Shown here: positions 38,903 to 49,217 of the stretch, piece after piece
Layout of the letters: every line of letters starts with the position of its first letter
Position numbering within the stretch: position 1 is the first letter of the stretch
NCBI GenBank assembly: GCA_017616785.1
Contig: JAFZXK010000012.1
Span: 32,004 to 96,003, forward strand
DNA: 64,000 nt
Direction: 5' to 3'
Source of the DNA: Alphaproteobacteria bacterium
Lineage (GTDB): Bacteria > Pseudomonadota > Alphaproteobacteria > Rs-D84
Translations under genes and position numbers: made by a program
Notes under the pieces: generated by a model
What the model was told of the DNA's origin: nothing
What the model saw: only the letters and a program-made list of their open reading frames with translations
Database searches by the model: none

Positions 38903-41900
38903 ATGTTCAAAGGTTGGAAATTTTTGACCAGTTTTTGCGTTATGTTCGCAACGCTTTGTGGCGGGGCGTATGGCGCGGCAAGTGTTCGCGGTGGTGCGAC
39001 CGGACGTGCCGGTTCGCTTAGGACGCTTGGTGGCGGGACGAGTGCGACGGTCAAAACAAATGCGAACCAACCTGCCCCGTCGGTTGCGGTGACGGGCGAC
39101 GCGTCTGTGGCCGATTCGCCGCGTATGGTTACGGGAATTAGCACCGGACGGACGAAACTAAATCTTGCCTCGACCACGGGAACATCAGGTGGCCAGAACC
39201 TTAGTGAATTGCGCCAGGCCATAGAACAATTGCGTAATGATTATGATGCGTTGGATGAACGGTATAACACTTTGTTGGGTGATGTATCAAATGTGTCTGA
39301 TACGGCGCAAAATGCGAATTTAACGGCGGAAAGCAATGCAAACACACTTGTCGTTGTGCGTAGTGATTTGAACGATGCACAATCGGATCTTGCGGTTTTA
39401 AAGGCCGCCGGCGGTTTTGACGAAGCGCGTGTTCAACAAACGGTCGAAGGTGTCTTGGATGCCAGGGATTATGCGACACAATCGCAATTGGCGGCGACCG
39501 ATGTTGTGGCGCGTGGCGCGGTGCAATTGAACGATTTGTCGCAAAAATTAGATGCGTTGAATATTGCGGACCGGGATTATGTTGACACTATGGTTGCAAC
39601 TGGTATGAGTGACACCAGGGTCCAAGGTATTGTGAACGATTCGCTTAATAACACCATGGCGAATTACTATACGAAAAAGCAAGTTAATGATGCGATTAAT
39701 ACCGCAAAGGACGGTATGGTTGACAAAGATTATGTTGATTACCAGGTTCAAACCAGTATCGGTGACAAGGCGTCATACACTTATGTTGACCAAAAGGTTG
39801 CAACGGGCATGAACGAGGCCCAAGTCCAAGGTATTATCGGCAATGTGCTTGGTGGTACATTGGAAAATTATTATGATAAGGGGACGGTTGATTCCTTGGT
39901 CGATGCCGCCGTTGTGGACGCAAAAAATGGCATGGTGGACAAGGACTATGTTGATAATCAGGTTCGCGATATGGCGTCCAAAGATTGGGTTAATAATAAA
40001 ATCGCGGATATTGAAATCGGGGTCGATGAGTATGAAATTCGAAACATACTTGCCCAGGGTGACTATAAGACGGGTACACAGGTTGAAGGTATCGTAACAG
40101 ACGCACTTAATGGTGCACTTGGGAATTATTATACCCGGCAACAGGTTAACAAGGCAATTAGTGATGCCAAAGAGGGTATGGTTGGTATGGACCAACTTAA
40201 TTATCAACTTAGCGGTTTGGCACCAAAAAGTTGGGTGACCACCCAAATTGATAGTGCTGTTACAGACCTTGATTTTGGGTTGAACAGGGATGCGGTAAAG
40301 GCTGTGGTTGAAGAGTATGGATATAAAAATGAAAATGATGTCCGGGGTATTATAACTGGTTATGGTTATGTAAAAGAAACCGATATTCCAGACCTGGTTA
40401 ATCAATGGGCACCGGGCGCAGAGATACAATACGCGGACGGGAAGTTATATTTCGTGGATAAAGACGGAAACGATAGGGTCGTTGATATTCGCGGGCTGGA
40501 TGGGCAAGATGGTGCCCAGGTTGAACTTCAAAAGAATGGTGACGTGATTCAGTGGCGTTATGCCAGTGGAAATGACCAATCGTGGCATAACCTTGTTAAT
40601 TTGTCTGACTTGCGGGGGGCGGATGGCAAGTCAGTTGAATTTAGTGTTCAGCCCTATGGTCAGATAAAAGAAGCATTGGGGTATACAAAAGAAGGCGAAT
40701 CGAATTGGCAATTTTTATATAACCTTGACGATATAAATGGCACCGATGGGTGCGGGGTTCGGGCGACCCAGGTACCGGTTGACGGCGGAATATTGGTAAA
40801 ATTGTTACGCGATTGTGCGGGGCAACCGGGTGATGGGGATTTGTTAACGCAATTTACTATTTTGAACGGCGCCGATGGAACGGTGACGGATGAGCAAATT
40901 ATTGACGCGATGATGACCAGTCCGGAATTCATACAATTAATGCAAGTAAAGAACAAAGTTAATGATTCGGAAAAAGGTTTGGATGCCACATATAATTTGG
41001 CGCGTATGACGGCAAATGCGGTTGATGATGATAAAACGGGGCTTGAGGCAACATATGAATTGGCAAGTAACGCATGGGACAAGGTAAAAGATTTGGATAC
41101 AAATGTTACGACCAAGGATTATGTTGACAGTTATGTTAACGGGAAAATTGGTGAGTTAGATTATAACCCGGCAACATATGCAAAATTTGCAAGTGTTGGT
41201 GCTAAGTTGGGCTCTATTGGGAACATGACCGTGAAGGATTATGTTGATGAAAAGGTCCGTGGAATCACGACAGAGATCATGGTTGATAAAGGGACCGACG
41301 GTTTTACATACATCTGTAAAAATGGTAATACATGTGCAAATAAGCCAAATTATTGGGATAATGAATGGGAACGTATTGATGTTGATTTGACTGGTTATCT
41401 TAAACAGGAAACCGCAGATAATTTGTATGCATCTTTTGGAACCGAGGTTGTCGCGCGTGATGCCGCCACCGCCGCGACCAATGCCCAAACCACGGCGAAT
41501 AATGCATGGAATAAAGTGAAAGATTTGGGAGATGGTGTTACGGTTAGTGATTATGTCGATGAAAGAATCGGGACCATGGGATTTGACATGCTAACTGGTG
41601 ATGAATATACTGTTGCGAAAAAAATTGGCCTTGATGATCGCCAATACGGAAGCATGTCGGTAAAAGAGTATGTTGATAAAAAGGTTTCTGATGTTAATAC
41701 GAGTATTCAAATAGGTTCTTATAATAATCAAACATATATTTGCAAGCATAATGATTGCAAAACTCCTGCGGGACCGTATTATCCCGAAGATTGGGCGTTG
41801 ATTTCTGTGGACTTGTCGGGTTATCTTACAAGGAACGATGCAGAACGAGAGTTCGCATCGATTGAAACGGAATCCATAGCGGGTGCGGCACAGAATGCCG

Positions 41901-44443
41901 CGGCGAGTGCGCAAACCACCGCCGCCACCGCGCAGACAACGGCGAATAATGCGTTGGGCAAATTGGGTAATTTAGGAACCAAAACCGTGACCGAATATGT
42001 TGATGAGAAAGTTGGTAGTACTGGTTTGAGTATTCGTGTTGAAACTGGTACCGATGGTTATACGTATATTTGTACCGCAAAAGAATCGGATTGTCGTGAT
42101 GCGCCCTCGTCGTCTTCCTCTTATTGGTCGCGAATAAACTTTAATATACCTGATGAATATCTTACAGCAACAGAGGGTAATGAGTTGTATGCATTGAAAA
42201 CTCAAATTGGTACATTGGGCGGCAGTTTTACAAGTGTCGCGGATAAGATTGGCCTTAACGATTATCAGTATGGTAACACATCGGTAAAAGATTATGTTGA
42301 TAATAAGGTTAGTAATATTAGTACAAGCATCCAGATTGAAACATCAAATGGAACAACGTATATTTGCAAGACGGGTAGTGGTTGTCCAGAGTATGATTTG
42401 ACTAATACGACTTATTGGACACCGGTTGCCGTAAATCTTGGTAATTTGGGTACAAATCCATCAACGGGGCAAACATATACAGTTGCGCAAAAAATAGGTC
42501 TTACTGATTCCGCTAATATAAACAAGACAGTTGTTGGGTATGTTGGTGAAAAAATCGGTGATTTGGGTTCTTATAGCACATATTACGGTCAACAACCGCA
42601 TAGTGTATTAACTTATCTTCAGGCCAATTATGCACCTATAACAAGTATTGGAACTTTGGGTAAAATAAATGCCTCTACGGATGCCAGTAGTGTTGCAGAG
42701 AAACTTGGTCTCGAAATCACCAATGCTAATAACACGGTTGCTGGGTATATCACTGGAAGAATTGGAAGTACGGGAACTGATACTTATGGTCAACCAAAAA
42801 GTGTCGTAGATTTCCTTTCAACCACTTATGCCCCGTTGGCCAAGATTGGTGATTTAGGTGCGGCGTATACTGGTGCGCCAACCTATACTGTTGCGGAAAA
42901 AATTGGCCTTGTTGATAGTAATGTAAATAAGACGGTAAAGGGATATGTTGATGAAAAAATTGGTACTTTGGGTGATAATTATGCCAGTGTTGCAGCGAAA
43001 CTTGGGGAAGAAATCACCAATACTAACAAGACGGTGGCGACATATATTGCTGATGCGGTAAATGCGGCCGGAACCAGTATAGTGGTTAGATCTAGTGCCA
43101 CTGACGGCAATACATATATCTGTACAGGTTCAGATTGTTCGGCAACGGATCCGTATGGCGATAGTAATTGGACGAAACTTAATGTTAATTTAAGTGGTAT
43201 TAATGCCATACTTTCCGGCTTTGGGGGTGAAAACCAACCGGCGACGGTAAAGGGGTATATTAGTGATAAAATCGGTACTTTGGGTAAGGTTATTGTGGAT
43301 GGTGATCCTGTAAATGCCCAAAGTGTCGCTGAAAAAATCGGAACAGAAATTACAAGTGCAAACAAAACGGTAGCTGGATATGTTGATACTGCAATCAATG
43401 GGTTATCAAGCACGTATGCGGCAAAATTTGTTGAAGAGAAGTTTGGGGCGATGAATAGTCAAAGTACCGTCACAGATTATGTTGGATCTGTGTTGGGCGA
43501 TTTGGGTAAAAAAGATAATTCAACGAATGCCGCAAGCGTTGCGGAAAAACTTGGGACGGATATCACAAGTTACGATGGGACAGTGAAGGATTATATTGCG
43601 TATTATGTCAGTGAAAATGCTGCCAGTGGTGGTGTGGTGGTAAAACCTGGGACCGATGGGAATACATATATTTGCACAGGGACAGATTGTTCATCACATG
43701 AAAATGATCCGAATAATGATTCAACCAATTGGACAAAACTTAATGTGGATTTGACTGCGATTAACACCGCAATTACGAATTTGCAGACTGGTAAGGCGGA
43801 CAAAACGGAGATAGGCACGTTGGGAAAAGTAAATAGTTCAACTGATGCCAGCAGTGTTGCGGAAAAACTTGGAACAGAAATAACAAGTGCTGATAATACT
43901 GTCGCGGGTTACATTACAGGAAAAATTGGTGATTTGGGTAAAAAAGATAGTTCAACGAATGCCGCAAGCGTTGCTGCAAAACTTGGGACGGATATCACAA
44001 GTTACGATGGGACAGTGAAGGATTATATTGCGTATTATGTCAGTGAAAACGCGGCCAGTGGTGGGGTACAGGTAAAAACAGTTGGAAATGATACATACAT
44101 ATGCAGTGAAAATTGCGAATCCGATCCACCATGTCAAGAAGGCAGCGAATCCACGTGTGGTTGGCAAAAACTTCAGGTTAATTTGACAGAATACCTTAAG
44201 AGTTCGGTCGCGGCGAGTACTTATGTTGCAAGCGCGGGGCTTAAGTTGGTTCGTGATGGGGCAGATATTAAATTACAGCAGGTTTCTGATGGTACGGTAG
44301 TTAAAGATTATGGTGTGATTGCCGGGGTTCAAGATTTGATGTGTCAGTCATATGAAATGCAGGAAATTCTGGGTACCGATCCTAGGTATATTCCAGGAAA
44401 GGTTACTTATGAAATGGTTTGTGTGACCAATGGTAGTAATTAA
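38903..44443 (+). CDS. giant secreted fibrous repeat protein (1846 aa): coiled-coil N-region, collagen-like GXY segments, ~28 copies of a [VT]K[DGE]Y[VI]D.K[VI]G..G repeat
   Basis: RBS 'aaggaaaggaaagaaaaATG'. Signal peptide. Short collagen-like triplet runs: GLDGQDGAQ with only 3 GXY repeats, RGADGKS with 2. Many periodic 'VKDYVDEKV/ITGKIGDLG' units, each followed by small Cys-containing knobs (TYICK..GC). 28 nt after the previous gene. Confidence 0.85.
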   Translation: MFKGWKFLTSFCVMFATLCGGAYGAASVRGGATGRAGSLRTLGGGTSATVKTNANQPAPSVAVTGDASVADSPRMVTGISTGRTKLNLASTTGTSGGQNLSELRQAIEQLRNDYDALDERYNTLLGDVSNVSDTAQNANLTAESNANTLVVVRSDLNDAQSDLAVLKAAGGFDEARVQQTVEGVLDARDYATQSQLAATDVVARGAVQLNDLSQKLDALNIADRDYVDTMVATGMSDTRVQGIVNDSLNNTMANYYTKKQVNDAINTAKDGMVDKDYVDYQVQTSIGDKASYTYVDQKVATGMNEAQVQGIIGNVLGGTLENYYDKGTVDSLVDAAVVDAKNGMVDKDYVDNQVRDMASKDWVNNKIADIEIGVDEYEIRNILAQGDYKTGTQVEGIVTDALNGALGNYYTRQQVNKAISDAKEGMVGMDQLNYQLSGLAPKSWVTTQIDSAVTDLDFGLNRDAVKAVVEEYGYKNENDVRGIITGYGYVKETDIPDLVNQWAPGAEIQYADGKLYFVDKDGNDRVVDIRGLDGQDGAQVELQKNGDVIQWRYASGNDQSWHNLVNLSDLRGADGKSVEFSVQPYGQIKEALGYTKEGESNWQFLYNLDDINGTDGCGVRATQVPVDGGILVKLLRDCAGQPGDGDLLTQFTILNGADGTVTDEQIIDAMMTSPEFIQLMQVKNKVNDSEKGLDATYNLARMTANAVDDDKTGLEATYELASNAWDKVKDLDTNVTTKDYVDSYVNGKIGELDYNPATYAKFASVGAKLGSIGNMTVKDYVDEKVRGITTEIMVDKGTDGFTYICKNGNTCANKPNYWDNEWERIDVDLTGYLKQETADNLYASFGTEVVARDAATAATNAQTTANNAWNKVKDLGDGVTVSDYVDERIGTMGFDMLTGDEYTVAKKIGLDDRQYGSMSVKEYVDKKVSDVNTSIQIGSYNNQTYICKHNDCKTPAGPYYPEDWALISVDLSGYLTRNDAEREFASIETESIAGAAQNAAASAQTTAATAQTTANNALGKLGNLGTKTVTEYVDEKVGSTGLSIRVETGTDGYTYICTAKESDCRDAPSSSSSYWSRINFNIPDEYLTATEGNELYALKTQIGTLGGSFTSVADKIGLNDYQYGNTSVKDYVDNKVSNISTSIQIETSNGTTYICKTGSGCPEYDLTNTTYWTPVAVNLGNLGTNPSTGQTYTVAQKIGLTDSANINKTVVGYVGEKIGDLGSYSTYYGQQPHSVLTYLQANYAPITSIGTLGKINASTDASSVAEKLGLEITNANNTVAGYITGRIGSTGTDTYGQPKSVVDFLSTTYAPLAKIGDLGAAYTGAPTYTVAEKIGLVDSNVNKTVKGYVDEKIGTLGDNYASVAAKLGEEITNTNKTVATYIADAVNAAGTSIVVRSSATDGNTYICTGSDCSATDPYGDSNWTKLNVNLSGINAILSGFGGENQPATVKGYISDKIGTLGKVIVDGDPVNAQSVAEKIGTEITSANKTVAGYVDTAINGLSSTYAAKFVEEKFGAMNSQSTVTDYVGSVLGDLGKKDNSTNAASVAEKLGTDITSYDGTVKDYIAYYVSENAASGGVVVKPGTDGNTYICTGTDCSSHENDPNNDSTNWTKLNVDLTAINTAITNLQTGKADKTEIGTLGKVNSSTDASSVAEKLGTEITSADNTVAGYITGKIGDLGKKDSSTNAASVAAKLGTDITSYDGTVKDYIAYYVSENAASGGVQVKTVGNDTYICSENCESDPPCQEGSESTCGWQKLQVNLTEYLKSSVAASTYVASAGLKLVRDGADIKLQQVSDGTVVKDYGVIAGVQDLMCQSYEMQEILGTDPRYIPGKVTYEMVCVTNGSN

Positions 44444-44459
44444 TTGAGGGGATGAAAAA

Positions 44460-47400
44460 ATGAGAAAGGATATAACTTTTGGTTTGATTTGTTTTGCCAT
44501 GATGTTTGGTATGGCGGGTGGTGCGCTTGCCGCACTTGGAACGGGTGAAATATCCATGGGAACTTTTTCTATTCCGTTGCCTGCGGACGGCAAGGACGGA
44601 TGTGCGCCTTTGATTCGTTCTATTGATTCATCGGTGGATTCATCGATAGCCGATGGGTGTTACGTAATTCAACAAAAGCAACAAACCCGTAATGGCGATT
44701 CGTGTGAAGGAACCGGCTCATGGGAGAATATCACTACTGTTTGTGATGGTGATGATGGTGCAGGCCTTGGTGAAGAAGATATTGTTGTTGCATATGTGGC
44801 GTATCCTGATTCGACAGAAAGTTATACAATGCCCTATCAACAGGGATATATGACAAAAAGCGTAGGTAATACGGTTTTGAACAAGTCAGAAGATTATTGT
44901 GAAGAGTTTTATGAAGACGGGGTAACAAAAAAGAAATGCACTGCGCAAGGTGATGCGACAAATTGGCTAAACAGTGATGGCACTGGGAATTATCAGACGG
45001 GTGAAACATATGTCTTTGCAACCGATCAATTGAATGATGGTTATCCCCGCAATGAATACACAACACCAAGGTTGTCAGGTGGAAGTTCAGGTTATCCGAC
45101 TGCGCCGGGGGTTACGAACAGAGTTTATAGATATACAAGCGGGCGCGAACGGTTCGAACTTGTTGCAATTGATGCGTGTGATTGGTACGCAAAAAGAACA
45201 GATACGACTGATCGGGTTAGGAAATGCACTGTTGGGGCGCCGACGGGGACGCCGGGACTTGCCAACCCTTATACGGCCGGTGCAACATATTGCTTAGGTG
45301 ATCATCAAAGTAATTGTAGTCAATATACTGTGCTGGTTGGTGCGGTTGATACATGTGCAACTTTATCGTCCAGTGATACTGCGTGGTGGACAACCGTCGA
45401 TCATACCGAATCTGAGTATACTGATCCCAATTATAGTTCTAGTTGTACAACGAATTGTACCGGAACACCGGGATATAAAATTATTAAAGAAGTAATGTGT
45501 GATGGTACTGCGCACGAGACGACCCAAAATGATACTTGTAGCCCGGCACAGAGTACCAGTGTGACCTGTGCGAGTGGTTACATATGGCAAACATGTACAA
45601 AACGGACGGCGGTTGCGGATACTGCACATGGAACTTATTCGGGATGTTTTCCGGATCCGTTTAATGATTTGTACGCCCGAAGAACGGATATCATTCCGGC
45701 AAATTTTGCGGCGGATAGTAACTATTTGTATTATTGTCGGCGTTCGGATTGTGATACGAATGCCGCATGCTGGGTGGACGGTCAGATAAATGTAACGCCG
45801 TTGTGGAATAGTACAAATGGTTGTTGGGGACGTGTGTCTATAAATGGGCTCCAGGGTGATGCGGGACCGGGATGTTCGTTTGTTTACAATGGTACCAAGT
45901 GGCAGGTGTGTTGTTTGCCAGTTGGTGCCAATGGTGTCATAGATACAACACAAAGTTGGAGTTGTAATGATGTTGACGCCAATACTGAAGCGCAATTGAA
46001 CCAATGGTTGTGCAAACCGACATATACCACATTTTATCTGACCCCGAAAGCAGGTGGTGGTTATAATGAAACAGCGACTAGTTCGACCAGACCGAATGAT
46101 ACCGTTGGTATAAGAACAAGGATAACAAATTGTGATGGAACCCAAGGGGCAACGATAGATACATTTGATGGTGAAGATGGGGAGCCAGGGGGTGATTATA
46201 ATCCTTGTGATGGATTAGAGCCGGGGTCGGTTGCGGCACAGACAACCATACAAAGTCAAACATCTGTGTATGTTTCTAATACTTCAAGTAGTAATATATT
46301 CACACCAAAAGTTGGTTATTATCAGACAACCACCAACATGTGCGAAGGTAATCCGCAAATAACATATAAGCAAGATAAATGTATACCTGTGTCACTTGCA
46401 ACCGGGGATTCGCGTACTGTTGGAACTATTACTTGTGCTGCGAATCAGACATTAATGCGTTGTACGCCACAGGCAGGTGCCAGTACAGATCCATACTTTA
46501 TTTGCGAAAATGCCGAGGTCAGCGGGTATCCAGAAAAACAATATGTTGCACCAGCTGGGACCAATGGGGTATTGAATACGGCCGGTTACACGCGTTGGGC
46601 GCATAAATATACTAGTTCTTCATCAATAGTTTATGAGAAAATTGATGATGATACGTGTCGGAATGCGGTAAAGAGAACGCGTAATGCAGCAAATACACAA
46701 ACCACAACAAGGAACGTGTTAAAGTGTACTGTTCAGAACCCTGGGACTAATGGGTATACTGAAGGATCTTCATATTGTTTGTTTATGGCCAGTGGGGAAA
46801 ATTGTGATGATTATATCATAGCAGGCAGCGAAGTCGAAGAATATGAAACCAAGTATATGTCGCCGACCGGCAGCGATGGTGTGCTTACAAAAGAAGGATA
46901 TACGTGTAAACAAAGAAAACTTACGAGAACAGCTGCTGGATCAACGGATCCTGTTGTCGTGGAAGAATCATGTCAGCTGGTTGAAAAGGATACGTGTAAC
47001 AAGGCCGTAAAATACACCCGCACAACTAGCAATCAGGTTGTAAATATGGTAGAAAAAAGTTTATTAAAGTGCGAGGTTCAATATCCTGGTAATAGCTCTT
47101 ACACAGCCGGGACGTATTATTGTTTGAACCTGGGGGGGGGCGAGAATTGTGCTGATTATAATATCGTTGGTGACGTGTCAGAGCAATCACAAGATGAATA
47201 CGTTGCGCCGACCATGTCAGATGGCAAACCTACATCGGTTGGATATCTGCGGACCAGTGTGACAAATACTAGGTTCGCATCGGGTAGTCAAACCTATTAT
47301 ACAAATGAACGCAAGGATCCAGGTCGTAAAGTTTATAAGGGAACAAGTAGCACCATAAAGTATACTGTTCAGGCACCTGGGGCTGGATCTGAACCATTTA

Positions 47401-49184
47401 TAACTGGTGCAGAATATTGCCTTAATATGACAATTGGCGAATGCCAAACGTATAAAGATGATGATCCTTGTGCGTCGGTAGCGACAGCGTCTGATGCGGT
47501 AAAGGCCAAGACAGTGCAAAAGATTTTAGAACGCACTTATTCACCTGCCAATAATAGTCAAGGTTCGATGGTTTCGACATACAAAATGTGTGATGATTCG
47601 ACGCATACGGAATCCACGCCGGATGAATGCAGGGAGGTGCCAACGCCGGCGGGCCAGACCTGTACTAATGGGGTATGGATGCAGTGTACGCGTCAAGCGG
47701 ACGAAGGAACCGGTACCAGTACCGCGCGTGGAACCACGTATGGATATTGTGCTGTATATCCACAATGTGTTGGGAATGAAAGTAGCACATCGATAGTAAA
47801 AAAGACGCAACGTTCGTATACTCCGCCGACCAAAACCGGTAGTAACAGTTATTATGATACGGTCGGTAAAATAACGGATGTTAAGATTGCGTGTGATAAT
47901 AGTTCAACCACGATAGAATCGGTGGATGATGAATGCGATGAAATTCCGAATACCACAAGTATTTGTCCGGCTGACAAGGTCCTTAAACAATGTAAACGTC
48001 AGGGGAAACAGGATAGCGATCTTGCCGGGTCGACATATAATTTGTGTACAGTATATCCGCAATGTGTTGGGAATACGAGTTCCGCTACGATTGTGAAAAA
48101 GACGGAACGTTCATATACTGCACCTGGTGGATCTGGTGGTTCTGGTGATAAAACATACTATACTACGGTTGGTAAGGTTACGGATGTTAAGGTTGCGTGT
48201 AATGGGACCACGATATCTACGGAGGAATCGGCCGAGGATCAATGTGATGAAATTCCGAATACCGCCAGTGTTTGCCCAACTAACAAGGTCCTTAAAACAT
48301 GTACACGCAAGGGTAACCAGGGTACGAGTAATGACACAAAAGCCGGGACGACATACAATCTTTGTACGACCGGGCCTTCTATATATGGTTCAATTGCCGA
48401 TAATGACCCGTGTGGTGGTGATACGACCAGTGATTCGGCAAAGAAAAAGGTCAAGAGCATTCAATATGAATATATAACAAAGGATGCAACCGGAAACACC
48501 GCCAAGGTTGGATACAGTAAAAAAACAACCACGATGTGTAATCAGGCGGGGAACACGGATGAATATATATATGATACTTGTATTCCAGTAGCATCTGCAT
48601 CAGGATGTAATGGGGCAAATGATAAGAATTATAAGTGTTATAACCAAACCAAACTTACGAGTACTAATGCCAGTGAACGTGAATATAACACATGCAATCC
48701 ATCATCGAATGTTTCGTCGGTTGCGCTATCTAATAAAATTGATGGGAAGTTGGATAATGATGTCACGTTTACAACTGGGACTTATGATAACAAAGATTAT
48801 ATTTTGATGAGTGCGACAGGGATAACTAATAAACCCGTGGTGCCGGTTGACACATTAAAACCACAATCCTTATTCGATACTTGGAAGGAAGAACAGAAAA
48901 ACAAGAACTGGACGGCAGCTGAATGTGCGGCGCTTTTTGGAAGCGGGGTGAATTGTAGCACGGGTGCTGGGTTGACTACGGAGATGATGTTTCAAAGTTT
49001 TACGGACTATGGGGTTTGGAAACAGGAACAGGTTGAAGATGGTGAAACCGATGCGGCGGATTTAACAACAACGGTGTACAGGCAAAGTTTATCTTCGTGT
49101 CCGGGTGGAATCACACTTACGCCGAATGGGACAGATGCCAATGGCGGAAATAAATATACGATGACTTGTGCGGATGCGTCATAG
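44460..49184 (+). CDS. giant secreted Cys-rich repeat protein (1574 aa), paralogue of the downstream 829-aa protein
   Basis: 16 nt after the previous stop. Signal peptide. The N-terminal domain (DGCAPLI...CYVIQQKQQTRNGDSCEGTGSWENITTVCDG) is homologous to the N-terminus of the 49218 gene. Tandem ~95-aa units of form ..RSYT.P....YY.TVGK.TDVK.ACD...T....D.CDEIPNT...CP..KVLK.C.R.G. Confidence 0.85.
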   Translation: MRKDITFGLICFAMMFGMAGGALAALGTGEISMGTFSIPLPADGKDGCAPLIRSIDSSVDSSIADGCYVIQQKQQTRNGDSCEGTGSWENITTVCDGDDGAGLGEEDIVVAYVAYPDSTESYTMPYQQGYMTKSVGNTVLNKSEDYCEEFYEDGVTKKKCTAQGDATNWLNSDGTGNYQTGETYVFATDQLNDGYPRNEYTTPRLSGGSSGYPTAPGVTNRVYRYTSGRERFELVAIDACDWYAKRTDTTDRVRKCTVGAPTGTPGLANPYTAGATYCLGDHQSNCSQYTVLVGAVDTCATLSSSDTAWWTTVDHTESEYTDPNYSSSCTTNCTGTPGYKIIKEVMCDGTAHETTQNDTCSPAQSTSVTCASGYIWQTCTKRTAVADTAHGTYSGCFPDPFNDLYARRTDIIPANFAADSNYLYYCRRSDCDTNAACWVDGQINVTPLWNSTNGCWGRVSINGLQGDAGPGCSFVYNGTKWQVCCLPVGANGVIDTTQSWSCNDVDANTEAQLNQWLCKPTYTTFYLTPKAGGGYNETATSSTRPNDTVGIRTRITNCDGTQGATIDTFDGEDGEPGGDYNPCDGLEPGSVAAQTTIQSQTSVYVSNTSSSNIFTPKVGYYQTTTNMCEGNPQITYKQDKCIPVSLATGDSRTVGTITCAANQTLMRCTPQAGASTDPYFICENAEVSGYPEKQYVAPAGTNGVLNTAGYTRWAHKYTSSSSIVYEKIDDDTCRNAVKRTRNAANTQTTTRNVLKCTVQNPGTNGYTEGSSYCLFMASGENCDDYIIAGSEVEEYETKYMSPTGSDGVLTKEGYTCKQRKLTRTAAGSTDPVVVEESCQLVEKDTCNKAVKYTRTTSNQVVNMVEKSLLKCEVQYPGNSSYTAGTYYCLNLGGGENCADYNIVGDVSEQSQDEYVAPTMSDGKPTSVGYLRTSVTNTRFASGSQTYYTNERKDPGRKVYKGTSSTIKYTVQAPGAGSEPFITGAEYCLNMTIGECQTYKDDDPCASVATASDAVKAKTVQKILERTYSPANNSQGSMVSTYKMCDDSTHTESTPDECREVPTPAGQTCTNGVWMQCTRQADEGTGTSTARGTTYGYCAVYPQCVGNESSTSIVKKTQRSYTPPTKTGSNSYYDTVGKITDVKIACDNSSTTIESVDDECDEIPNTTSICPADKVLKQCKRQGKQDSDLAGSTYNLCTVYPQCVGNTSSATIVKKTERSYTAPGGSGGSGDKTYYTTVGKVTDVKVACNGTTISTEESAEDQCDEIPNTASVCPTNKVLKTCTRKGNQGTSNDTKAGTTYNLCTTGPSIYGSIADNDPCGGDTTSDSAKKKVKSIQYEYITKDATGNTAKVGYSKKTTTMCNQAGNTDEYIYDTCIPVASASGCNGANDKNYKCYNQTKLTSTNASEREYNTCNPSSNVSSVALSNKIDGKLDNDVTFTTGTYDNKDYILMSATGITNKPVVPVDTLKPQSLFDTWKEEQKNKNWTAAECAALFGSGVNCSTGAGLTTEMMFQSFTDYGVWKQEQVEDGETDAADLTTTVYRQSLSSCPGGITLTPNGTDANGGNKYTMTCADAS

Positions 49185-49217
49185 TAGATAAATCTAGATC
49201 GATAAAGAGGGTTAAAG